Source: Oscillospiraceae bacterium
Lineage (GTDB): Bacteria > Bacillota > Clostridia > Oscillospirales > Oscillospiraceae
Assembly (NCBI GenBank): GCA_015068365.1
Contig: SVKR01000035.1
Span: 1 to 49,734 of the forward strand
DNA: 49,734 bases
Direction: 5' to 3'
This document shows, piece by piece, positions 1-7,824 of this stretch (the first letter of the stretch is position 1; every line of letters begins with the position of its first letter). Made by a program: the position numbers and the translations under genes. The notes beneath the pieces are model-generated. The model was not told the DNA's origin. It searched no databases and was given only the letters and a program-made list of their open reading frames with translations.

Positions 1-1
1 C

Positions 2-1072
2 AAGCGCTTCCCCGAGATCGTCTTTTCCGACTTCCTCTGGACCATGCGCAGCATCTATCTGCCGCTGTTCCTGGTGCTGCAGGCCGAGCTGCCCCGGGCG
101 GATCTGTACCACTGCGTGGCCACGGGCTATGCCGGCGTGCTGGGCTGCATGGCGCAGCACCTCTACGGCAGCGAGCTTCTGGTGAGCGAGCACGGCATCT
201 ACACCCGCGAGCGCGAGGAGGAGCTGATCAAAGCGACCTGGGTGCAGAACACCTACAAAAATATCTGGATCAACCAGTTTTACCGCATGAGCCAGGTGGC
301 CTATGACCGGGCCTGGCTGGTCACCAGCCTTTACGGCCACGCGCGGGAGCTGCAGCTGGAGCTGGGCTGCCCGGCGGAGAAGACCCGCATCACCCCCAAC
401 GGCATCCGGGCGGAGCGCTTTCTGGACCTGCCGGGTAAGCGGGAGGAGGACGCGCCCTTCGTCAACGTCGGCGCCGTGCTGCGCGTGACCCCCATCAAGG
501 ACGTGAAGACCATGATCCAGGCCTTTTACGAGGCCAAGCAGCGCGTCGGCGCGCTGAAGCTGTGGATCATGGGCCCGACGGAGGAAAACCCGGAGTACGC
601 CGCGGAGTGCTTTGAGCTGGTGGAGCTTCTGGGCATCCGGGACGTGGTGTTCACCGGCACCGTGCAGGTGACGGAATACCTGGGCCGCATGGACTTCACC
701 ATCCTCACCAGCATCAGCGAGGGCCAGCCCCTCACCATTCTGGAGAGCTTTGCCGCCGGGAAGCCGGTCATTGCCACGGACGTGGGCAACTGCCGGGGCC
801 TGCTGTACGGCGAGGCGGGGGACACCCTGGGCGCGGCGGGGATTTTGACCCACATCATGAGCGTCAGCGAGCTGGCCCAGGCCATGGTGGACCTGGCCGC
901 CGACCCGGCGCGCACCCGCGCCATGGGCGAGATCGGCCGCCGCCGGGTATTGGAGCGGGGCTATCGCGCCGAGGACATGCGCAAGACCTATGAGCAGATC
1001 TACCGGGAATGCGCGGAAAGGCAGGCCATCCAGTGGCCGCAGCACCCCGTTTCCGTCACAGACAAGGCATAA
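2..1072 (+). CDS. pelF: GT4-family glycosyltransferase, PelF-like (5' end cut by window edge)
   Basis: The frame is open from nt 2 (KRFPEIVFSDFLW precedes the listed Met at 44). It has an SEHGIYTREREEE motif and a Glycos_transf_1-type C-terminal region (TSISEGQPLTILESFAAGKPVIATDVGNC). A PelG-like gene follows immediately. Confidence 0.7.
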   Translation, partial: KRFPEIVFSDFLWTMRSIYLPLFLVLQAELPRADLYHCVATGYAGVLGCMAQHLYGSELLVSEHGIYTREREEELIKATWVQNTYKNIWINQFYRMSQVAYDRAWLVTSLYGHARELQLELGCPAEKTRITPNGIRAERFLDLPGKREEDAPFVNVGAVLRVTPIKDVKTMIQAFYEAKQRVGALKLWIMGPTEENPEYAAECFELVELLGIRDVVFTGTVQVTEYLGRMDFTILTSISEGQPLTILESFAAGKPVIATDVGNCRGLLYGEAGDTLGAAGILTHIMSVSELAQAMVDLAADPARTRAMGEIGRRRVLERGYRAEDMRKTYEQIYRECAERQAIQWPQHPVSVTDKA

Positions 1073-1099
1073 CGCGAAAAAGAGAAGAGGCGAAGGTGC

Positions 1100-2605
1100 A
1101 TGGCCGGCGTAGGCATCACCCTCAACAAAATATTCGATAAGCGCTCCCTGGTGGCGCACGTCTATGGCTTCGGCTACAGCGCGCTCATCACCGTGGCCCC
1201 CATGTTCGTCATCATCGGCGCCATCCTCATCGCCCAGCTGCTGCTGGGCTATTCCGGCGTGGACTATTTCCGGCGGGAGCTGTTTGCCGACACGGTGCTG
1301 TATATCTTCATTTTCTCGCTTCTGGCGGCCTCGCCGTTCAACGCGGTGCTCAGCCGCTATCTCTCCGACACCATCTTTGAAGAGCGCTATGAGGACATCA
1401 TGCCCTGCTATTATGTCGGCCTCATCTGCTCCGTGGCGCTGGGGGCGCTGATGGCGATCCCCTTCTGCATCCACGAGCATATCGTGGGCGGCGTGCCGGC
1501 CTACTATGTCTTCACGGGCTACTGCGGCTTCATGGCGCTGCTGCTGGTGTTTTACTCCATGCTGTATCTGAGCATCACCAAGGACTACGGCAAGATCTCC
1601 CTCGCCTTCCTCCTCGGCATGCTTCTGACGCTGGGGATGAGCTTTCTGCTGGTGCGCGTGCTTGGCTGGGAGGTCACCTACGCGCTGCTGCTGTCGCTGG
1701 TCTGCGGCTTCATGCTGATCGGCTCGCTGGAGATCGCCATCATCCAGTCCTATTTCCGGCGCAATTCCCGCCGCTACCGCCCGGTGCTGCACTATTTCAA
1801 AAAATACTGGCAGCTCATCTTCATCAATTTTCTCTATACCCTGGGCCTGTATGTCCACAACTTCGTCTTCTGGACGACGGACCGGCACACGATCCTGGTC
1901 CACTCCTTTGTGACGATGATGAACTATGACATGGCAACCTGCCTTGCCATGTTCACCAACATCTCCGCCACCGTGATCTTCATCAGCCGGGTGGAGATGC
2001 GCTTCCACGACCGCTACAAGGCCTATTCCGAGGCCGTCATCGGCGGGCGGCGGCAGGACATCGTCAACACAAAGCAGCGCATGTTCCGCCAGCTCGGCGG
2101 CGAGATCATGAGCCTTGTGCGCACCCAGTTCATCATCACGGTGGTGCTGTTTCTGCTGCTCATCATCTTCCTGCCCTGGTTCGGCATCGGCGGCGAGATC
2201 CTGCGCATCTACCCCTGCCTGTGCGCGGGGTATTTCATCCTCTTTACCATGTACAGCGAAATCCTGTTTCTCTACTATTTCAACGACTTGAATGGCGCGC
2301 TTCTCACCGCCGCGGTCTTCTTCGCCGTGACGCTGCTGGGCAGCGGCACCGCCACGTTCCTGCCGGAGATCTGGTACGGCCTGGGACTCGTGATCGGGTC
2401 CTTCGCCGGCTTCAGCGCGGGCTACTTCCGCCTGCGCTGGGTGGAGCGGAATCTGGACGCGCACGTGTTCTGCACCGGCGCACTGATGAAAAAGGGCAGC
2501 GGTCCCAGGCCGTCCGGCAAGGTCTTTGACCGGCGGCGCGGCGACACGCCGGAATCGCTGAAAGCGGAGCTTGAGAAAAAGAAAGAAGGGGAAAACCATG
2601 GGTGA
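1100..2605 (+). CDS. pelG: Polytopic membrane protein, PelG-like exopolysaccharide exporter
   Basis: The N-terminus MAGVGITLNKIF..YGFGYSALITVAPMFVI resembles the PelG N-terminus as I recall it (MAGIGFELRKI..). About 12 hydrophobic segments and a charged C-terminal tail. An RBS (GAGAAGAGG) lies upstream of the ATG. Confidence 0.7.
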   Translation: MAGVGITLNKIFDKRSLVAHVYGFGYSALITVAPMFVIIGAILIAQLLLGYSGVDYFRRELFADTVLYIFIFSLLAASPFNAVLSRYLSDTIFEERYEDIMPCYYVGLICSVALGALMAIPFCIHEHIVGGVPAYYVFTGYCGFMALLLVFYSMLYLSITKDYGKISLAFLLGMLLTLGMSFLLVRVLGWEVTYALLLSLVCGFMLIGSLEIAIIQSYFRRNSRRYRPVLHYFKKYWQLIFINFLYTLGLYVHNFVFWTTDRHTILVHSFVTMMNYDMATCLAMFTNISATVIFISRVEMRFHDRYKAYSEAVIGGRRQDIVNTKQRMFRQLGGEIMSLVRTQFIITVVLFLLLIIFLPWFGIGGEILRIYPCLCAGYFILFTMYSEILFLYYFNDLNGALLTAAVFFAVTLLGSGTATFLPEIWYGLGLVIGSFAGFSAGYFRLRWVERNLDAHVFCTGALMKKGSGPRPSGKVFDRRRGDTPESLKAELEKKKEGENHG

Positions 2606-3005
2606 AGTAGTCAAATGGTGTGTCATTGCCATCGGCGCGGCGGTGTTCGTGCTGAATCTGTTCTCGCTGGCAAAGCGGCGGATGACGCCGGTGCTCAGCG
2701 TGGCGTGGAGCATTTTTGCCGTGCTGCTGCTGGTGCTGGGCTTCACGCTGCATCTCTCGGAGCTGAACGCCCTCATGAGCCCCCCGGTCGCGCTGCTGCT
2801 GATCATCGCCATGCTGGGCGTGATCTTCACCTTCTACCATGTCAGCACACAGATCTCCGAGCTGGTGGACAAGACCAATGAGCTGACCATGCAGGTGTCG
2901 CTGCTCAACTCAGAAAATGTGCGATTGATCCGCGAGCTGCGGCAGCGTGAGGCGGCCAAGGCGGCTGCGGAGGACGGGGAATGCGAAAAAAGCTCCTGTT
3001 CGTGA
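2598..3005 (+). CDS. Small membrane protein, DUF2304-like, with C-terminal coiled-coil tail
   Basis: I chose the ATG at 2598, preceded by AAGGGGA, over the TTG at 2571. It overlaps the pelG stop by 8 nt. Three to four TM segments then a charged helix. This type is typically found next to GT2 genes. Confidence 0.55.
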   Translation: MGEVVKWCVIAIGAAVFVLNLFSLAKRRMTPVLSVAWSIFAVLLLVLGFTLHLSELNALMSPPVALLLIIAMLGVIFTFYHVSTQISELVDKTNELTMQVSLLNSENVRLIRELRQREAAKAAAEDGECEKSSCS

Positions 3006-4174
3006 TCAACACCCTGGGCTGCGGCGGCACGGAAAAAGCGCTGCTGAACCTGCTTTCCAGCCCGGAGATCGCGGCGTGTGACTGCTCGCTTTACGTCCTG
3101 CTGGGCCAGGGAGAGCTGGTCAGCCGTCTGCCGGCGCATGTGAAGCTGCTGAACCGGGATTACTGCGCCGCCGACGTGCTCTCCGCCCGCGGCCGGCGCA
3201 CCGCCGCCAGCCGGGCGATCCGCCTGGGGATGCACCGGGGCGCGCTGCTGCGCAGCCTGCCCTACATCGCCGGAAACGGCATGCGGATGCTGCGCTCCGG
3301 GCGCTGGAAGGCGGAAAAGCTGCTGTGGCGCGCCGTGGCGGAGGGCACCGCGCCGCCGGAGGAGGAATACGACCTGGCCGTGGCCTATCTGGAGGGCGGG
3401 GCGACTTACTTCGTCAGCCGCGCCGTCCGGGCCCGGCGCAAGGTGGCCTTCGTCCATGTGGATTACCGCCGCGCCGGCTATACCCGGGAGCTGGACCGGG
3501 GCTGCTATGCCCGCTTCGACCGCGTCTTCTGCGTCTCCGACGAGGTGCGCAGCGCCTTTTTGCAGGTCTACCCGGAGCTGGAGGAGAAGGTGGGCGTGTT
3601 CCACAATCTCATCGACCGGCCCCGCATCCTGGCCATGGCGGAGATGGGCCCGGGCTTCACCGACGGCTATGACGGCCCGCGCATCCTCACCGTGGGGCGG
3701 CTGGTGGAGCAGAAGGCCATCGGCCTTTCCGTGGAGGCCATGCGCATCCTGCGCGAGCGGGGCGTGCGCGCCCGGTGGTACGTCCTGGGCGAGGGGGAAG
3801 AGCGCGCAGCGCTGGAAAAGCAGATCGCCGCGGCGGGCCTTTCGTCGGACTTTCTGCTGCCCGGCGTGGAGGAAAACCCCTATCCCTTCTTCCGGCAGGC
3901 GGCGCTGTATGTCCACTGCTCCCGCTTTGAGGGCTGCAGCATCGCCGTGCAGGAGGCCCAGACCCTGGGCAAATGCGTCATCGTGTCGGACTGCAGCGGC
4001 AACCGCGGGCAGGTGACCGACGGGGTGGACGGGCTGCTGTGCGCGCTGACGCCCGCCGCCATCGCCGACGCGGTGGAGCGCGCGCTGGCGGACGCAGCGC
4101 TGCGCCGCCGTCTGGGACAGGCCGCGGCGGCAAAGCAGTTTGCAAGCGAAGACATCGGACTGATATTTCAATAG
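2981..4174 (+). CDS. Glycosyltransferase family 4 (GT-B, Glycos_transf_1)
   Basis: N-terminal KLLFVINTLGCGGTEKALLNL and C-terminal E-x7-E-like region (FEGCSIAVQEAQTLGKCVIVSD). GGAGGA RBS. Confidence 0.8.
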   Translation: MRKKLLFVINTLGCGGTEKALLNLLSSPEIAACDCSLYVLLGQGELVSRLPAHVKLLNRDYCAADVLSARGRRTAASRAIRLGMHRGALLRSLPYIAGNGMRMLRSGRWKAEKLLWRAVAEGTAPPEEEYDLAVAYLEGGATYFVSRAVRARRKVAFVHVDYRRAGYTRELDRGCYARFDRVFCVSDEVRSAFLQVYPELEEKVGVFHNLIDRPRILAMAEMGPGFTDGYDGPRILTVGRLVEQKAIGLSVEAMRILRERGVRARWYVLGEGEERAALEKQIAAAGLSSDFLLPGVEENPYPFFRQAALYVHCSRFEGCSIAVQEAQTLGKCVIVSDCSGNRGQVTDGVDGLLCALTPAAIADAVERALADAALRRRLGQAAAAKQFASEDIGLIFQ

Positions 4175-4186
4175 ATTGATTGCAAG

Positions 4187-5029
4187 GTGAACAAGGTGTT
4201 AGACAGAAGAGACAGCGTAAACAAACCGGTCCTGGTCATCATTCCGGCATATAATGAGGAGAAGAGCATCGGCCCGGTGCTCCGGGCCCTGCACGCCCCG
4301 GAGATCGCCCGGATCGCCGATGTGCTGGTGATGAACGACGCGTCCACCGACGCCACGGCGGAGCTGGTGTGGGACAGCGGCGCGCACTGCGTGACGCATG
4401 TGTTCAACCTGGGCTACGGCGGCGGGCTGCAGGTGGGCTACAAGTACGCCGTGCGCCAGGGCTACCGCTATGTCATCCAGATGGACGCCGACGGCCAGCA
4501 TGACGTGTGCAATGTCATGGCGCTTTACCAGGCGCTGACCGGGCCGGAAAAGCCGGACATTGTCGTGGGCAGCCGCTATATGGAGGGCAGCGCGGAGTAT
4601 AACCCCGGCACGCTGCGCAACGTGGCCTACCGCTGGTTCCGCTGGATTTTGCGGCGGATGACCGGGAAAAACCTGGCCGACCCCACCAGCGGACTGCAGG
4701 GCCTGAGCCGCCGCGCCGTCCGCTTTTATGCCCGCTACCAGCATTTTGACGACCGCTATCCCGACGCCAACATGCTCGCGCAGATGCTGCTTCTGGGCTT
4801 TTCGGTGGAGCAGATCCCCGCCGTCATGCACTACCGCACCGAGGGGAAGAGCATGCACTCCGGCGTCATCAAGCCCGCCATCTATATGCTGCGCATGACG
4901 CTGAACCTCATCGCCGTGTGGATCCGCATCCGCGTGCTGAAGATCAACGTGAACGAGGCGGAGCTGCTGCTGCATGAGGGGGAGGAAGCCCCGATCGAGG
5001 AGGCGCACGATGCCCCGGTCACAGTGTGA
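4187..5029 (+). CDS. Glycosyltransferase family 2 (DPM1/polyprenol-phosphate GT-like)
   Basis: VLVIIPAYNEEKSIGPVL, MNDASTD and QMDADGQHD motifs, with a C-terminal TM helix. The start is uncertain (GTG 4187 or GTG 4196). Confidence 0.85.
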   Translation: MNKVLDRRDSVNKPVLVIIPAYNEEKSIGPVLRALHAPEIARIADVLVMNDASTDATAELVWDSGAHCVTHVFNLGYGGGLQVGYKYAVRQGYRYVIQMDADGQHDVCNVMALYQALTGPEKPDIVVGSRYMEGSAEYNPGTLRNVAYRWFRWILRRMTGKNLADPTSGLQGLSRRAVRFYARYQHFDDRYPDANMLAQMLLLGFSVEQIPAVMHYRTEGKSMHSGVIKPAIYMLRMTLNLIAVWIRIRVLKINVNEAELLLHEGEEAPIEEAHDAPVTV

Positions 5030-6023
5030 GATCGACTTTGTGCTGACCTGGGTCAACGGCGATGACCCGGACTGGCGCGCAGCGCGTGAGCGCTTCCCGG
5101 TGCCCGGCGGCGCGGACGTGCGCCCGGAGCGCTACCGCGACTGGGGCTGGCTGCGCTGGTGGCTGCGGGGGGTGGAGCGCTTTGCGCCCTGGGTGCGCTG
5201 TGTGCATCTGGTGGCGGCGGGAGCGCTGCCGGACTGGCTGGACACCGCCCACCCGAAACTGCACATCGTCCGCCACGAGGACATTCTGCCGCCGGAGGCG
5301 CTGCCCTGCTTCAACGGCAACGCCCTGGAGGTGAACCTGCACCGCATCCCCGGCCTGACGGAGCAGTTTGTCTATTTCAACGACGACATGCTTCTGCTGC
5401 GCCCGACGGCGCCGGAGGATTTCTTCCGCGACGGAAAGCCCCGTGACATGCTGGCGGCCCAGCCCGTCATCGCAAACCCGGACAACCCGGTGATGAGCAG
5501 CATTCTGCTGAACGACTCCCTGGTCATCAGCCGCCACTTCCGCAAGCGCGAGGTCATGCGCCGGAACACGGGGCGCTGGTGGCACGTCGGCTATCCGCTG
5601 AAGTATTTCGGCTATAACCTGCTGGAGACGGCCTTTCCGCAATATACCGGCTTCTATACCGTCCACGGCCCGTCGCCGCTGCTGCGCCGCAGCTTTGAAG
5701 AGCTGTGGGATCTGGAGCCGGAGCCGCTGCGGGCCACCACGGCGCGGCGCTTCCGCTCCGCCGCGGACGTGACGCAGTACCTTTTCCGCGAGTGGGAAAA
5801 GCAGCGGGGCAACTTCGTCCCCGCCAACGTGGAGCGTGACCTGCTCTATTTTGAGGCAGACGACGTATCCCGCGCCTGCGCCGCGGTGCGCGCGCGCAAA
5901 CGCAAGATGATCTGCATCAACGACACCGGACGCCTTTCGGATTTTGCCGCGGCGCGGACGGCGCTGGAGGGCGCCTTCGCCGCGGTTTTGCCGGAGGCTT
6001 CGTCCTTTGAGGCGGCGCCATGA
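5010..6023 (+). CDS. Stealth-family capsular polysaccharide phosphotransferase (hexose-1-phosphate transferase)
   Basis: IDFVLTWVNGDDPDW (Stealth CR1-like) and YFNDDMLL (CR2-like). ATG at 5010, 6 nt after GAGGAGG. Overlaps the GT2 stop by 20 nt. Confidence 0.8.
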   Translation: MPRSQCEIDFVLTWVNGDDPDWRAARERFPVPGGADVRPERYRDWGWLRWWLRGVERFAPWVRCVHLVAAGALPDWLDTAHPKLHIVRHEDILPPEALPCFNGNALEVNLHRIPGLTEQFVYFNDDMLLLRPTAPEDFFRDGKPRDMLAAQPVIANPDNPVMSSILLNDSLVISRHFRKREVMRRNTGRWWHVGYPLKYFGYNLLETAFPQYTGFYTVHGPSPLLRRSFEELWDLEPEPLRATTARRFRSAADVTQYLFREWEKQRGNFVPANVERDLLYFEADDVSRACAAVRARKRKMICINDTGRLSDFAAARTALEGAFAAVLPEASSFEAAP

Positions 6024-7222
6024 GCGACGTGCTTTCAAGGGAGGAGACCGCGCTGCTGGCCCTGGCGCGCGCGGCGCTGACCGGCGCTGCGGCAGAGGGT
6101 GTCAGCGCGGACACGGACTGGGAGGGCCTTTGCGCCCTGGCGGAAAAGCACGCGGTGCTGCCGCTGCTGTGCCCGGTGCTGCAGGGCCTTGCGCCGGAGC
6201 GGCTGTGGAAGCCGGCGGCGGAGAAGTGCACCGCGCAGTTTTACCGCTTGGCGGTGATGAGCCGCTATTATACCGCGCTTCTGGCGGAGGCCGGCGTGAA
6301 GACCGTGGTGCTCAAGGGCGCGGGCGCGGCGCGGTATTACCCCGTGCCGGAGCACCGCAAAAGCGGCGACATCGACCTGCTGCTGGCCGATCCCGGGCAG
6401 ATGGAGCAGGCCTGCCGTGTCCTGGAATCCGACGGCGCCGCGGCGCTTTCGGAGCAGCACGCCAACCACCACCGCGCGTTCCGCAGCCCGGAGGGCATCG
6501 AGCTGGAGGTGCACAGCACGCTGACGGAGGATTTTGACGACGGGCGCGTCAACGCCCTGTGCGCTTCGCTGCGCGATGAACTCGGCCGCAGCGCCGAGGT
6601 GCGCGAGGTGCTGCCGGGCCTGGCGCTGCCCGTGCCGGACGCGGCGGGGCAGGCGGTCTCGCTGCTGCTGCACATGCTGCAGCACTTTCTGCGGGCCGGC
6701 TTCGGGCTGAAGCTGCTGTGCGACTGGGCGGCGTTCTGGAACGCGCTGCCCCCGGGGACGGACATGGCGCGCTATGAGCGCTTCGTGGACGAGGCCGGGG
6801 TGCGCGGCTTTGCCGACATGGCGGGCGGCGTGTGCGTGCGGTATCTGGGCCTGCGCCCGGAGCAATTGACGATCACGCGCAGCTTTGAAGCGGACACTGT
6901 TTGCACTTTCCTGCGCGAGGTCTTTGACGCGGAGGAGTTCGGGCGCAGCAGCAGCCGGCGCATGGTGATGGTGCGCCGGGGCCTTGCCGGCTACGTCCGG
7001 GAATTTCACCATCAGATGCACCTGAATTTTCCCCGCGCGGGACGATGCCCGCTGCTCTGGCCGGCGCTCTGGTGCGCCACGCTCTGGCGCTTTCTGCGCA
7101 ATAACCGCACCGTGCGCGGCACCACGACGGGGGCCGTTCTGAAGGAGGCGCGGCGGCGCAGCCGGCTCATGGAGCCGCTGGCACTGTTTCAGAATCAGAA
7201 AGATGTCGGTGAATCCCGGTAA
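6020..7222 (+). CDS. Uncharacterised nucleotidyltransferase (NTP_transf_5 type)
   Basis: VVLKGAGAARYYPVPEHRKSGDIDLLL is the typical minimal nucleotidyltransferase motif of this family. The ATG overlaps the Stealth stop (ATGA). Confidence 0.7.
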   Translation: MSDVLSREETALLALARAALTGAAAEGVSADTDWEGLCALAEKHAVLPLLCPVLQGLAPERLWKPAAEKCTAQFYRLAVMSRYYTALLAEAGVKTVVLKGAGAARYYPVPEHRKSGDIDLLLADPGQMEQACRVLESDGAAALSEQHANHHRAFRSPEGIELEVHSTLTEDFDDGRVNALCASLRDELGRSAEVREVLPGLALPVPDAAGQAVSLLLHMLQHFLRAGFGLKLLCDWAAFWNALPPGTDMARYERFVDEAGVRGFADMAGGVCVRYLGLRPEQLTITRSFEADTVCTFLREVFDAEEFGRSSSRRMVMVRRGLAGYVREFHHQMHLNFPRAGRCPLLWPALWCATLWRFLRNNRTVRGTTTGAVLKEARRRSRLMEPLALFQNQKDVGESR

Positions 7223-7242
7223 ATCTTGTACATTATTTCCAA

Positions 7243-7271
7243 TTGTAATGTTGACCTTTCCATGCTATACT
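7243..7271 (+). promoter_or_regulatory. Sigma-A-like promoter for the 146-aa ORF
   Basis: TTGTAA, 17 nt, TATACT, with an extended -10 TGc, inside an AT-rich 89-nt intergenic island. Confidence 0.5.
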
Positions 7272-7311
7272 CTAAATGTGAAATTATTTCCTGTTTGAAA
7301 GGGGTAATCAT

Positions 7312-7752
7312 ATGTATTCCAAACCCATCGTTCTGACCCACAGCGACATGGCCGAGGGCGTTTATGCCGCCAGCGGCGCGGCCACCTGCTGGTCCGGCAG
7401 CTGTCCCAGCGTGCAGAACTGGAACGGCTCTCACAACGTTTTTGAAGTCCGCATTTCCCACAGTGCCGACGTGCAGCACATCTCCAACGCCGTGACCATC
7501 ACGATCCAGTTCAACAGCCCGCTGACGGATGTCTACGCCGAGAACGGCTGGAGCTGCACTGCCAACGGCAGCACCGTCACCGTGACCAGACCCAGCCATG
7601 CCAACGCCTACAACTCCGGCGACAACGTGACTTTCAAGATCTGGGCCAAGGCCGCGGATGAGACCACCACCAAGGCCCTGTATGCCAACATCACCGGCTT
7701 CAGCTGCGATTACAGCGCCAACGTCCAGGGCAACGGCGGCGACGGCAACTAA
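7312..7752 (+). CDS. Hypothetical 146-aa protein; candidate substrate or cargo of the flanking modification/export cassette
   Basis: AAAGGGG RBS 7 nt before the ATG, own promoter and terminator, and C-ending codon bias like the host genes. No hydrophobic signal peptide. N-terminus MYSKPIVLTHSDMAEGVYAASGAA, then C-x4-C, then a Thr/Ser/Asn-rich beta-type body. Confidence 0.75.
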   Translation: MYSKPIVLTHSDMAEGVYAASGAATCWSGSCPSVQNWNGSHNVFEVRISHSADVQHISNAVTITIQFNSPLTDVYAENGWSCTANGSTVTVTRPSHANAYNSGDNVTFKIWAKAADETTTKALYANITGFSCDYSANVQGNGGDGN

Positions 7753-7782
7753 GCCGCAGCGCAAACCCAACTCAGAAGCAAA

Positions 7783-7819
7783 AAGCACCGCAGACACACT
7801 GCGGTGCTTTTCCGTTTTT
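7783..7819. terminator. Shared (convergent) intrinsic terminator
   Basis: AAGCACCGCAG / CTGCGGTGCTT stem followed by TTCCGTTTTT, with an A-run on the other side. It sits between convergent genes. Confidence 0.7.
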
Positions 7820-7824
7820 ACCGT

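Noticed and set aside
2834-6038. Long minus-strand ORFs (2834-4171, 4199-5056, 5019-6038) opposite the GT4, GT2 and Stealth genes
   Set aside because: They are antisense to genes with clear glycosyltransferase and Stealth motifs, have no RBSs, and translate to low-complexity sequence.
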